NCBI GenBank assembly: GCA_018650795.1 | Contig: JABIFG010000272.1 | Location: 10,512-74,511 of the forward strand | Source of the DNA: Fidelibacterota bacterium | Lineage (GTDB): Bacteria > Fidelibacterota > UBA8477 > JABMPR01 | Length of the DNA stretch: 64,000 nt | Direction: 5' to 3' | In this document: positions 48,125-58,042 of the stretch, piece by piece | Position numbering within the stretch: position 1 is the stretch's first letter | How the letters are laid out: each line of letters begins with the position of its first letter | Position numbers and translations under genes: made by a program | The notes under the pieces: generated by a model | Databases searched by the model: none | The model's input: the letters and a program-made list of their open reading frames with translations, nothing else | Told to the model about the DNA's origin: nothing

Positions 48125-49786
48125 ATGCCAGATCAATCCTACCAAGATAGTCTGAAACGCTGGAAGCAGAAAGTCGCTGATACAAAAGAGCGAGAATATG
48201 ACTATGATACGGTTTCTGGATTATCAAATGATTTACTGTATCTCCCAGATGTGGATAATCAGGATTTAGATCAATACATGGAAAAATTGGGATTTCCAGG
48301 TGAATATCCTTTTACAAGAGGAGTTCACTCCAATATGTATCGTGGTCGTTTATGGACCATGAGGCAGTTTGCCGGATTTGGAAGCCCTGAAGATACCAAC
48401 AAACGGTTCAAGTTTCTGCTGGAACAAGGCCAGACTGGTCTCAGCGTGGCCTTTGATATGCCCACGCTTATGGGTTATGACTCCGATCATTCTCTTTCAC
48501 TAGGTGAAGTTGGTCATTGTGGTGTGTCCATCAATTCAATTGATGATATGATGACCCTATTTGATGGAATTCCCCTTGACCAAGTATCCACTTCAATGAC
48601 CATTAACGGTCCTGCCATAATTCTCCTTGCCATGTATGTAGTAGTAGGGGAAAGACAGGGCGTTTCAGCGGATAAACTGCATGGTACATTGCAGAACGAC
48701 ATTCTCAAAGAATACATTGCTCAAAAGGAATTCATTTTTCCACCTGAACCATCCATGCATATCATCACGGATATGATTGAATGGTGTACTGATTTTATGC
48801 CTGCCTACAACACGATATCCATATCAGGCTATCATATTCGGGAAGCAGGCTCAACGGCTGCACAGGAGCTCGCATTTACCCTAGCCGATGGTTTCGCCTA
48901 TGTTGAGGCAGCAATTGAACGAGGTCTGGATGTGGATAAATTTGCCCGGCGACTGAGTTTCTTTTTTAACTCGCATATTGATTTCTTTGAAGAGATTGGA
49001 AAATTTCGTGCGGCCAGACGCATTTACGCCAAGCGTATGAAGGAAAAGTATGGAGCCAAGGATCCCCGCTCCTGGATGCTCCGTTTTCACACGCAGACAG
49101 CAGGTCATAGCCTTACAGCCCCGCAACCTGAAAACAACATCGTCAGAACCGCCTACGAGGCCCTGGCTGGAGTGTTGGGCGGTACTCAGTCTCTGCATAC
49201 CAACTCAATGGATGAAGTTCTGGCCTTGCCCACTGAGAAAAGTGTCGAGATTGCTCTGAGGACTCAACAGGTAATCGCCTATGAAACTGGTGTTGGATCC
49301 ACCATAGACCCTTTGGGTGGTTCATATTATGTGGAAGCCATGACTGATAAAATGGAATCTGAAGCTGAAAAATATTTTGAAACTATCGATGAATTGGGTG
49401 GTGTCGTCGCAGCCATAGAAGTGGGTTACTTCCAACGCGAGATTGGCAAAGCGGCTTATGATGTTGCTCGCAAATACGATGAGAAAAAGCGTATTATCGT
49501 TGGTGTGAATGGATTTATTCGTGAAAATGAGACAATTGATATCCCAGTTCTCATAATTGATAAATCAGTTGAGGCAAATCAGGTCTCTAGGGTTAAAGCA
49601 CTACGAAATTCAAGAACACAGACCGATACAGATGTAGCTCTTGCAAAACTTACACAGGCCTGCGAGTCTGGAAAGAACGTCATGCCGCCGCTGCTTGAAG
49701 CTGTACGCCAGTCTGCCACGCTTGGAGAGATGGTTGATGCCATGAAAGTTGTCTACGGAACCTATACTGAAACCCCGGTATTTTAG
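48125..49786 (+). CDS. B12-dependent acyl-CoA mutase large (substrate-binding) subunit, isobutyryl-CoA mutase-like
   Basis: [48 protein letters not shown]. No C-terminal DxHxxG B12 domain. Start is 48113 or 48125. Confidence 0.88.
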   Translation: MPDQSYQDSLKRWKQKVADTKEREYDYDTVSGLSNDLLYLPDVDNQDLDQYMEKLGFPGEYPFTRGVHSNMYRGRLWTMRQFAGFGSPEDTNKRFKFLLEQGQTGLSVAFDMPTLMGYDSDHSLSLGEVGHCGVSINSIDDMMTLFDGIPLDQVSTSMTINGPAIILLAMYVVVGERQGVSADKLHGTLQNDILKEYIAQKEFIFPPEPSMHIITDMIEWCTDFMPAYNTISISGYHIREAGSTAAQELAFTLADGFAYVEAAIERGLDVDKFARRLSFFFNSHIDFFEEIGKFRAARRIYAKRMKEKYGAKDPRSWMLRFHTQTAGHSLTAPQPENNIVRTAYEALAGVLGGTQSLHTNSMDEVLALPTEKSVEIALRTQQVIAYETGVGSTIDPLGGSYYVEAMTDKMESEAEKYFETIDELGGVVAAIEVGYFQREIGKAAYDVARKYDEKKRIIVGVNGFIRENETIDIPVLIIDKSVEANQVSRVKALRNSRTQTDTDVALAKLTQACESGKNVMPPLLEAVRQSATLGEMVDAMKVVYGTYTETPVF

Positions 49787-49804
49787 TAGGATCATGACTT
49801 AGAA

Positions 49805-50599
49805 ATGATTGATATTCATAATCATATGCTTCCAGCAGTAGATGATGGTGCCAAAAATAATGTTGTGGCACTATCTATGCTAAAAGAGGCAGTGAGGCAG
49901 GGGGTTGAGCATCTTGTTTTGACTCCTCACCTATACGAAGTTGACATCATCAAGGGGACTGGAGAGTGGAAAGCTAAGATTGAAGCGGGCAAACGTACTA
50001 TCAGGGAGCTCATTGAAACACACGAACTTCCAGTGGAGATTACAGTCGCCGCCGAAGTACGCTATCAAGATATGTTGCCCATCATTCTTGAAGAACTTGA
50101 TGTCCTTATTGGTGGCAAATACTTACTGCTTGAATTTGCCTTTCATTCCGTTCCAAACAACATTGAACGAATTATCTACGATATTACACGCAAGGGTATT
50201 ACCCCAATCATTGCTCATCCCGAACGTATCAAACCCTGGCAGCGAGATCCAAAAATGTTGGAGGAACTGATTAATATGGGTTGTCCCACTCAATTGGATA
50301 TTGGTTCATTTCTGGGTAAACTTGGTCCAAGCTCAGAGGCGCTTGCCAATTTTTTACTTGAAAGAGATGCAGTGCATCTTGTTGGAAGTGATAGTCACAA
50401 TATCGATTCCAGGGCGCTTTATGCAAAACCTGGATATGACTGGATATCAGAGAGATACGATGTCGAGTATGCTGATTTACTGCTCAAGATCAACCCTGGA
50501 AAGATTCTTAATGGTGAACCTGTGGAGGTATATCCCGTACATCTCGAACCCGGGATATTATCTCTAAAGGACAAAATTATGAATATGTTTAAATCATAA
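49805..50599 (+). CDS. CpsB/CapC/YwqE-type PHP protein-tyrosine phosphatase
   Basis: MIDIHNHMLPAVDDG, LTPH, IIAHPER, GSDSH. Confidence 0.88.
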   Translation: MIDIHNHMLPAVDDGAKNNVVALSMLKEAVRQGVEHLVLTPHLYEVDIIKGTGEWKAKIEAGKRTIRELIETHELPVEITVAAEVRYQDMLPIILEELDVLIGGKYLLLEFAFHSVPNNIERIIYDITRKGITPIIAHPERIKPWQRDPKMLEELINMGCPTQLDIGSFLGKLGPSSEALANFLLERDAVHLVGSDSHNIDSRALYAKPGYDWISERYDVEYADLLLKINPGKILNGEPVEVYPVHLEPGILSLKDKIMNMFKS

Positions 50600-50615
50600 A
50601 TAGGAGTTACATCCC

Positions 50616-51035
50616 TTGAATAACAATAAACTTAAATTTGTGATCGGCTCTTTAGTAATTATTGCTGCAGTGATTGTGCTGGCAATTCAAGGCATGCAAG
50701 AAGATACCACCATGTCTTACTCAAAGAGTGTAAGTGAAGTTCAATTATTAGGCTCACGAGCATATGCCATGACGCTGAAAGTGAATGGAGATTTAAAAAA
50801 AGGTAGTATTATCAGAAATAATTTGGATCTCGATTTTGTTATCACTGAAGGAAATTCAGAATTGAGCATTCATTACATAGGCAAAGACCCGATTCCAGAC
50901 ACTTTCAATAATGAGATGGATGCTGAAGTTATTGTTTCGGGTAAACTTCAAAAAGATGGTATTTTCCATGCTGAACGCATCCAGGCAAAATGTGCTTCAA
51001 AGTATGAAGCTGATTATTCTTCCCCTGAGATATAA
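50616..51035 (+). CDS. ccmE: Cytochrome c maturation heme chaperone CcmE, CxxxY variant
   Basis: N-terminal TM, IPDTF, terminal IQAKCASKY. Confidence 0.88.
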   Translation: MNNNKLKFVIGSLVIIAAVIVLAIQGMQEDTTMSYSKSVSEVQLLGSRAYAMTLKVNGDLKKGSIIRNNLDLDFVITEGNSELSIHYIGKDPIPDTFNNEMDAEVIVSGKLQKDGIFHAERIQAKCASKYEADYSSPEI

Positions 51036-51064
51036 AAATAGAGACATAGTTAGGATTCAATTAT

Positions 51065-53047
51065 ATGGCTGATTTAGGAAACATTCTTTTATTTTTTCTA
51101 TTCCCGGTAAGCGTGTTTACCGCACTAACTGCATTAGCAGCTGGGATTACAAAGCGTAGAGGGCTATTAGAGGCTGCCAGAAGAGGCGCCTATGCAGCAT
51201 TTGCAGTAACAACACTCGCTGTACTTGCTTTGGAGTATCTGTTGGTTACCAGTGACTTTTCAATCGAATATGTTGCTTCTAATACCAACTTTGCCTTACC
51301 ATTATTTTATAAAATCGTGGCTCTGTGGGCTGGTCATAACGGATCACTATTACTGTGGACATGGATTGTAACCATTTTCATAGCTATCGTTGCTTACCAG
51401 CATCGGCACAAAAATAATGATCTCATGCCATATGTTCTGTTTGTCATGGGATCCACAATGGTATTCTTCTCAATCCTGAGTGTATTTATTTCAAATCCAT
51501 TTCAGACACTTTATCAAGAAGTTGGGAATACTCTACAAGAATTTACGGCTCGTGATGGACATGGATTAAATCCCTTGCTCCAGCATCCTGCCATGGTGAT
51601 CCATCCACCTGTTCTGTTCATTGGATACGTTGGTTCAGTAGTCCCTTTTGCATTCGCGATTGCCGCGCTGATTACAGGGAAACTTGGTACAGAGTGGATT
51701 CACACCACCAGACGCTGGGCTCTAACTACCTGGGGTTTTCTTGCCGTAGGCATCATATTGGGCGGTAAATGGGCTTATGTTGAACTGGGTTGGGGTGGAT
51801 ACTGGGCCTGGGATCCTGTGGAAAATGCTTCCTTGCTACCCTGGTTGACATCCACTGCTTACTTGCATTCTGTTATGATTCAAGAGCGTAAGGGTATGTT
51901 GAAGATCTGGAATATGGCCCTGGTTATTGCCACCTATTTACTGGCAATATTTGGTACATTCCTGACACGTAGCGGCATCGTGAGTTCCGTGCATGCTTTT
52001 GCAAATTCCGGTCTGGGACCAGCATTTGCAATCTTTCTAAGTATGGGTATTATTTTCAGCGTGACCCTGCTTCTATATCGTCGTAAAGATTTGAAACCGG
52101 ATGAAGAGATGGAATCTCTGGTTTCCAGGGAAAGTGGATTTCTCTTTAATAATTTACTCTTCTTGTTGGCCACCATAGCTGTATTGTGGGGCACCATGTT
52201 TCCAGTTATCAGTGAACTTTTCACTGGAGATCAGATTACCGTTGGCCCTCCTTGGTTCAATAATATCATGATTCCCATCGGTCTGGCACTCCTTCTATTG
52301 ACAGGAGCCGGGCCTCTCTTGGCCTGGCGACACACATCAGTAGAAACCTTGAAACGTAGTTTTGGCTGGCCTATACTGGGTAGCATCATATTTATAATGG
52401 CCCTGTATGCATTTGGTATACATGATGGCTGGGCATTGGGCTCTTTCGCGATCTCATTCTTTGTAATGTGGACCATTCTGGTAGAATTCGTAAAAGGTGC
52501 AAATATTCGACGTAAAAATTCTGGTGAGAATTTTCTATTGGCAATGTATATGCTCTCCAGGAAGAATACGCGTAGATATGGTGGTTATCTGATACACGCA
52601 GCTATGGTTGTCATGTTTGTAGGTTTTACTGGCAACGCTTTCAACTCAGAGACCAGAGCAGAAGTGGGTGAGGGAGACTCCTTCAATTTGGGTCCTTATA
52701 CCTTCAATGCTATTCAGATTACTGAAGCCCAGACTGAGAACTACTCTTCCCAGACTTTAGAGTTGGAAATGTTCAGAAATGATCGACTCATAAGTACCAT
52801 ATCGCCAGAAAAACGATATTACTTCGCATCCGAGCAGCCCTCGACGGAAGTTGACATCTATTCCACATTACGAGAGGATATATATGCTGTTCTCTCAGGA
52901 ATGAGCAATGATGGGACTAAAGTCATTGTTCAGGTTTATAGGAATCCACTTGTAAATATGGTTTGGATAGGTGCTTTTATCATGGGTATCGGAACCTTGT
53001 TTGCAATGTTGCCCAATCTGCGTGAAAATAAAGCAGGAGACAAATAA
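51065..53047 (+). CDS. ccmF: Cytochrome c heme lyase CcmF
   Basis: GLNPLLQHP..IHPP, WWD-type WAYVELGWGGYWAWDPVENAS, TRSG..SVHAF. Confidence 0.95.
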   Translation: MADLGNILLFFLFPVSVFTALTALAAGITKRRGLLEAARRGAYAAFAVTTLAVLALEYLLVTSDFSIEYVASNTNFALPLFYKIVALWAGHNGSLLLWTWIVTIFIAIVAYQHRHKNNDLMPYVLFVMGSTMVFFSILSVFISNPFQTLYQEVGNTLQEFTARDGHGLNPLLQHPAMVIHPPVLFIGYVGSVVPFAFAIAALITGKLGTEWIHTTRRWALTTWGFLAVGIILGGKWAYVELGWGGYWAWDPVENASLLPWLTSTAYLHSVMIQERKGMLKIWNMALVIATYLLAIFGTFLTRSGIVSSVHAFANSGLGPAFAIFLSMGIIFSVTLLLYRRKDLKPDEEMESLVSRESGFLFNNLLFLLATIAVLWGTMFPVISELFTGDQITVGPPWFNNIMIPIGLALLLLTGAGPLLAWRHTSVETLKRSFGWPILGSIIFIMALYAFGIHDGWALGSFAISFFVMWTILVEFVKGANIRRKNSGENFLLAMYMLSRKNTRRYGGYLIHAAMVVMFVGFTGNAFNSETRAEVGEGDSFNLGPYTFNAIQITEAQTENYSSQTLELEMFRNDRLISTISPEKRYYFASEQPSTEVDIYSTLREDIYAVLSGMSNDGTKVIVQVYRNPLVNMVWIGAFIMGIGTLFAMLPNLRENKAGDK

Positions 53048-53475
53048 TGAGTTTTCTCGCATACACAACAGGCATTGCTTTTCTCATCTGGATTATTTTA
53101 CCTCTATTCAAAAAGGATAGTACCTGGGTCTCGCTTTATATGGAAGCCGATGAACTAGCTGACAAGAAAAAGCGAGTTTACGGAAATATAGCTGATCTCG
53201 AATTTGATTTTGCCATGGGACGTCTGAGTGAAAAGGATTTCAAGCATATCCGTCAGGCATTTCTAAGTGAGGCCGGTCGAGTTATTGAAAAGCTGGAAAG
53301 CCAAAAATCCAGTGCATTCATGGATCGTATAGAAAATGATATCAGCAATCTTGGTAAAAAGAGGAAGACCAAAAAGAAAAATAAGAATCGCTCAAAGGTC
53401 TTTTGTATTGAATGTGGAACAGAGAACCTTCCTGAAGCAAAATTCTGCATGAAATGTGGAAAGGAGATGTCATGA
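53047..53475 (+). CDS. Membrane-anchored CcmI-N-terminus-like protein with C-terminal zinc ribbon
   Basis: TM helix, IADLEFDFAMGRLSEKDF, CIECG..AKFCMKCG. Confidence 0.65.
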   Translation: MSFLAYTTGIAFLIWIILPLFKKDSTWVSLYMEADELADKKKRVYGNIADLEFDFAMGRLSEKDFKHIRQAFLSEAGRVIEKLESQKSSAFMDRIENDISNLGKKRKTKKKNKNRSKVFCIECGTENLPEAKFCMKCGKEMS

Positions 53476-54632
53476 AACCTCAATTTCTGAAGCACCTCCT
53501 GATTTTCCAACTTTTAGTGAGCCTCAACTATGCAGGTGATTTACGTGTCAATATCATTAATGGCACATCGAATGAATCTGGCAATGCTGATCGTGTGGCG
53601 CTTTTGGATTTGGCCGCAGGAATGGTGGAAATTGCTTCTGCCACTGATGTTGTGAAATCGACGACTTTTAGTGAGCTTGCATCCACTGGACAGGCTCAAT
53701 ATCTGATTCGGGCAACCCTAGGCGGAGTAAGCTATTCCGCCATGTTTGTCCCCACACCAGGTGTCACAGCCTGGGAAACCTCAATTACTGTTTATGAGTC
53801 AAGTGAAACTGTTCATGATCTTAATGCCTCTGTTCCATTTTTTGTGATTTATGGCTTTGAGGATAAGCTATATATTCAAAAACGAATTATTCTCGAGAAT
53901 GTATCTTCACCACCTGTGACTTTCGCTGGCACTCCCGGTGTGGCCAATCTTCATATCCCAAAAAATATTACTGAGCTTGAATATTTGACATTTAAATCAG
54001 GTACTATGCCTGTAAAAACAGCCCCCATTGATACTGATAATGGTCAGGTGCTGCCAAATCCTATCAAACCAGGTGTGTCAGAGATTGATATGGCGTACTA
54101 TACTGCCTATGATCCTAACACCACTGTGCTTACGGAGCTGGTGGGCTATGATATCGATCATTTTCATGTTTATGCCATGCCCATAGATCTTAATATTTCT
54201 GCACCAGGACTCTCTCGCGAGGGGACAGACAATGAAAATGGTTTGGCAATATACGCTCTTGAAAAGGTCAAGGCTGGAACCATGTTAGAATTTCAGATAT
54301 CAGGGAAAGGCATGTCCGAGTCGGATCCGAGTGAACACGAACAACACCAGCAAAATACAGGCAAGATTGTTATTGAGAATCGGATTGATACAAATGTAGA
54401 GCTGACTATTGCCGGTGTTTTGATCATGGCAATTCTGATTTCGCTCTTTGTTTCCGTAACTCAGCAAAGTGAAGATTTAAAGCAAGAATCTGTGGAGATG
54501 CTAAAAAGGCAGAAATCTGATCTTTTGAAGCAGTATGCAAAACTTGATGAAGCCTCATCAGGTAAAGATGAAAAGGATCGAATCCTATATCGTCTAGTCT
54601 CAGTATATAAAACCCTGGATCGGATTAAATAA
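53472..54632 (+). CDS. Hypothetical exported protein with C-terminal membrane anchor, in ccm operon
   Basis: Signal peptide, large soluble domain, one TM near the C-terminus; ATGA overlap. Confidence 0.65.
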   Translation: MKPQFLKHLLIFQLLVSLNYAGDLRVNIINGTSNESGNADRVALLDLAAGMVEIASATDVVKSTTFSELASTGQAQYLIRATLGGVSYSAMFVPTPGVTAWETSITVYESSETVHDLNASVPFFVIYGFEDKLYIQKRIILENVSSPPVTFAGTPGVANLHIPKNITELEYLTFKSGTMPVKTAPIDTDNGQVLPNPIKPGVSEIDMAYYTAYDPNTTVLTELVGYDIDHFHVYAMPIDLNISAPGLSREGTDNENGLAIYALEKVKAGTMLEFQISGKGMSESDPSEHEQHQQNTGKIVIENRIDTNVELTIAGVLIMAILISLFVSVTQQSEDLKQESVEMLKRQKSDLLKQYAKLDEASSGKDEKDRILYRLVSVYKTLDRIK

Positions 54633-54633
54633 T

Positions 54634-55350
54634 TTGAGCGTGCCTGCTCTAGAAGTTTCAGGTGTTTCCAAAGATTTTGGACGCATCATTGCCTTACGTG
54701 ATGTGACATTCTCTGTTCAACCTGGGGAGTTTGTCAGCATCCTAGGACGCAATGGAGCCGGAAAAACTACACTCCTGAACATTATCAGCGGAGTGTCAAG
54801 ACCCAGTGAGGGGACTGTTCAACTTTTTGGCACAAATCCCAGCGATCGTGAGAATAAAGCCAAGTTGGCTGTAATATCCCATGAAATGTTCCTGTACGGT
54901 AATCTAACCGCCCTCGAAAATCTTGAATACTATAGTCGCATCTATAGTGTTCCTGATGCGCAGGAGCGTATTGAGACGGTGTTGAAGGATGTTGAACTTA
55001 CTCATCGGCGCTTCGATCTGGTTGCGACCTATAGCAGGGGCATGACCCAACGCTTGACCATTGCCAGAGCTTTACTCCATGAACCATCTTTATTGCTTCT
55101 GGATGAACCATTCACAGGGCTGGATCAACATGCGATCGGAATGTTGATCACCTTATTAAAGAGGCAGAAGGAAATGGGTCGCACCATTCTTCTGACCACG
55201 CATGACCTCCATACCGCAACAGCATTATCCGATCGATATCTTGTTATTTCAAAGCATAAAATCGTAAAGGACGGATTGATCGTGGATACAAATCCTGATA
55301 AAATCCGACAAGCATTTTTCAGCTCAGAAGTTGAGGAAGGCGTCTCATGA
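54634..55350 (+). CDS. ccmA: Heme ABC exporter ATPase CcmA
   Basis: GRNGAGKTT, LTALENL, YSRGM, LLLDEPF; operon context. Confidence 0.88.
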   Translation: MSVPALEVSGVSKDFGRIIALRDVTFSVQPGEFVSILGRNGAGKTTLLNIISGVSRPSEGTVQLFGTNPSDRENKAKLAVISHEMFLYGNLTALENLEYYSRIYSVPDAQERIETVLKDVELTHRRFDLVATYSRGMTQRLTIARALLHEPSLLLLDEPFTGLDQHAIGMLITLLKRQKEMGRTILLTTHDLHTATALSDRYLVISKHKIVKDGLIVDTNPDKIRQAFFSSEVEEGVS

Positions 55351-56018
55351 TGAGCACAGCATTTTCAATTCTGAAAAAAGATCTGCGCATGGAGTTCAGA
55401 TCCAAAGAGAGTATTCTCGCAATGTGGATTTTCTCGTTGCTAATTTTTGTTATTTTTAATTTTACGTTTGAAGTTTCCAGATTAGTTATGCTGGAAATTG
55501 CTCCTGGATTGCTCTGGGTGGCTTTTGTATTCTCAGGAATGTTTGGTCTGAATCAATCTTTTTCAATGGAAAAAGAAAACGGAAATCTGCGGGCCATGGC
55601 TCTCATGCCTGTAGATGGTGGGCAAATATATGTGGGCAAATTTTTGAGTGTCACCATAATCATGCTCATGTTCGAGGCTTTGATTTTTCCAATATTTATC
55701 ATCTTTTATGATTTGCAGCTTTCCCTTGGGATGTTCATGCTTATTCCGGTTTTACTGGCTGGGACCATTGGGTTTACTAGCCTGGGAACGATCCTCTCTG
55801 CTGTAGCAGTCCACACCAGAAATCAACAGATCCTATTATCCTTATTGTTGTGGCCCCTGGTTTCGCCTATCATCATTTGGTCAGTAACCTTGACAGGCAT
55901 GGTCTTAAGTGGTGAAATGACTGAAGCCTGTTACCCACTTCTTGTAAGGGTGGGGGCATTTGATGTCATATTTTTCACGTTATCCTATATGCTCTTTGAT
56001 TTCATCCTGGAAGATTAG
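55347..56018 (+). CDS. ccmB: Heme exporter permease CcmB
   Basis: KKDLRMEFRS, PGLLW, EKENG, about 6 TM; operon context. Confidence 0.88.
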   Translation: MMSTAFSILKKDLRMEFRSKESILAMWIFSLLIFVIFNFTFEVSRLVMLEIAPGLLWVAFVFSGMFGLNQSFSMEKENGNLRAMALMPVDGGQIYVGKFLSVTIIMLMFEALIFPIFIIFYDLQLSLGMFMLIPVLLAGTIGFTSLGTILSAVAVHTRNQQILLSLLLWPLVSPIIIWSVTLTGMVLSGEMTEACYPLLVRVGAFDVIFFTLSYMLFDFILED

Positions 56019-56055
56019 GATGAATAAACTCAGACAAAATAATTAAAGGCCATCC

Positions 56056-56748
56056 ATGAGATCCAAAATTGATAAAATATTACTCATTATTCTGCTCATC
56101 GCTTTTTTGGTAAGCATTTATTTAATCTTCCAATGGGTACCTCAAATCAAAGCATCAAACCCCGCAGAACAAATTGCACAGAGGATATTCTATTTCCATG
56201 TCCCCAGTGCCTGGCTGGGATTTATGGCCTTCTTTGTAGTATTTTGTGGTAGTGTAGCTTACCTGGTCACGCGTGACCGCAAATATGAACTCATCTCAGT
56301 TGCTTCAGCTGAAATAGGTGTGTTGTTCATCTCGCTAGTTTTGATAACTGGTCCTATCTGGGCAAAACCCGTTTGGGGCATTTGGTGGACCTGGGATGTA
56401 CGTTTGACGTCTTCCTTGATCCTGTGGCTTATCTATGTGGCCTTCCTCATGTTGCGCCGCTATTTGCCCGATGGTAGCAAACGCGCTAATCTGTCTGCAG
56501 TTGTAGGAATTATCGGTTTTATTGATGTACCTATTGTTTACTATTCAATTCGCTGGTGGGAAACACAACATCCCAAAGCAGTGATGGCCAGTAGTGAGGG
56601 AAGTCTAGCAGCACCTATGTTTTTCGCATTTATGTTCTCGTTGGCAACATTTACACTGCTATATGTGTACTTGATTCGCAAACGCTATCAGTTATTAGCG
56701 CTGGAGGACACCATAAATAAGCAGTTCAAAGAAATGGAGATTCTATAA
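56056..56748 (+). CDS. ccmC: Heme exporter CcmC
   Basis: IFYFHVP, WAKPVWGIWWTWDVRLTS, WWETQHP. Confidence 0.94.
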   Translation: MRSKIDKILLIILLIAFLVSIYLIFQWVPQIKASNPAEQIAQRIFYFHVPSAWLGFMAFFVVFCGSVAYLVTRDRKYELISVASAEIGVLFISLVLITGPIWAKPVWGIWWTWDVRLTSSLILWLIYVAFLMLRRYLPDGSKRANLSAVVGIIGFIDVPIVYYSIRWWETQHPKAVMASSEGSLAAPMFFAFMFSLATFTLLYVYLIRKRYQLLALEDTINKQFKEMEIL

Positions 56749-56892
56749 ATGGATGCCTTTGTTTATCTATTCCTGGCGTATGGCTTTATCTGGTTGGGAA
56801 TTTTTGGTTTTATCTGGTATATGAATAAAAAAGTAGATCATTTGAACCAGGAAATGATACTCCTTAAAGAGCTCATCGACCAAAAGAAATAG
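56749..56892 (+). CDS. ccmD: CcmD family small membrane protein (47 aa, absent from the ORF track)
   Basis: MDAFVYLFLAYGFIWLGIFGFIWYMNKKVDHLNQEMILLKELIDQKK; single TM with AY..W and a charged tail, immediately after the ccmC stop. Confidence 0.8.
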   Translation: MDAFVYLFLAYGFIWLGIFGFIWYMNKKVDHLNQEMILLKELIDQKK

Positions 56893-56904
56893 GGGATAGA
56901 CGAG

Positions 56905-57978
56905 ATGACTAAGAAAATTGTACACGTTGTAGGTACGGGCACAATTGGAGAGCCATTAATTGGACTACTTTCTGATTATAAATCCGATCTCGGAATCGAT
57001 GAAATCACCTTTCACAAACGCACACCCCTGAAGAGTGAGCATGCCAAGGTCTTACGCTTACTTAAGCGAGGAGCTCGTTTGGTGACTGACCAAGAGGCAT
57101 TTGAAGGTTTTAAGGATATAGGATTATCACCTGCATTTTCCACAGTTGAAGCAATTGACAGAGCCTGTGTGGTTATAGATTGTACTCCTAAGGGAGTGGG
57201 TCATAAAAACAAGGTCAATTACTATCATAATTATGATCATAACACTTTGGGGTTCATTGCTCAAGGAAGCGAAACTGGTTTCGGTAAACCATATGCACGC
57301 GGAATTAATGATGAAGCTCTGATTCATGGAGAAGATCGGTTTTTACAAGTCGTCTCGTGTAATACGCACAACCTTTCTTCTCTTGTGAAAACCATTGGTA
57401 TCCACAATGGAGATCCTGATAACCTCCTGGATGGACGTTTTGTGATGATTCGTAGAGCCAATGATTTAAGTCAGGCCAACGATTTTATTCCTGCCCCTGA
57501 AGTCGGTCATCATTCCTCAGACCGCTACGGTACGCATCACGCAAAAGATGCAGCAAATCTATTTAAAACACTGGGATATGATCTCAATATATTTTCATCA
57601 GCCATGAAACTGAACACGCAATACATGCATATTGTTCATTTCAATCTGAAGATGAAAGAACCCCTGACAATGACTGAGGTGATGGAAATCTTTGAAAACA
57701 ATCCATTGGTGGCAATAACTGAGAAGAAACTTTCATCACAGGTATTTTCATTTGGTAGAGATCATGGTCACTATGGCCGTATCTTGAATCAGATGGTTAT
57801 TTCTATTCCAAGTCTTCAACTGATTGACGGTGGTAAAGAATTGGTCGGATTTTGTTTCACTCCCCAGGATGGAAATTCACTGCTAAGTTCGATCTCAGCA
57901 GCCACATGGTTTATGTATCCAAATTCATATGAACAGAAGATTCAATCTCTATCTGATTGGTTCTTTGATGAGGTATAA
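56905..57978 (+). CDS. Archaeal-type (class II) glyceraldehyde-3-phosphate dehydrogenase-like protein
   Basis: GTGTIG, VIDCTPKGVG, AQGSE, VVSCNT, IRRAND, THHAKD, YMH. Confidence 0.72.
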   Translation: MTKKIVHVVGTGTIGEPLIGLLSDYKSDLGIDEITFHKRTPLKSEHAKVLRLLKRGARLVTDQEAFEGFKDIGLSPAFSTVEAIDRACVVIDCTPKGVGHKNKVNYYHNYDHNTLGFIAQGSETGFGKPYARGINDEALIHGEDRFLQVVSCNTHNLSSLVKTIGIHNGDPDNLLDGRFVMIRRANDLSQANDFIPAPEVGHHSSDRYGTHHAKDAANLFKTLGYDLNIFSSAMKLNTQYMHIVHFNLKMKEPLTMTEVMEIFENNPLVAITEKKLSSQVFSFGRDHGHYGRILNQMVISIPSLQLIDGGKELVGFCFTPQDGNSLLSSISAATWFMYPNSYEQKIQSLSDWFFDEV

Positions 57979-58004
57979 TCATCTTTCAAAATATTAATGA
58001 AGAT

Positions 58005-58039
58005 AAAGCGACTCTATTTACTAAGTAGGGTCGTTTTTT
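58005..58039 (+). terminator. Probable intrinsic terminator
   Basis: AAAGCGACTCTATTT-ACT-AAGTAGGGTCGTTTTTT. Confidence 0.7.
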
Positions 58040-58042
58040 ATT

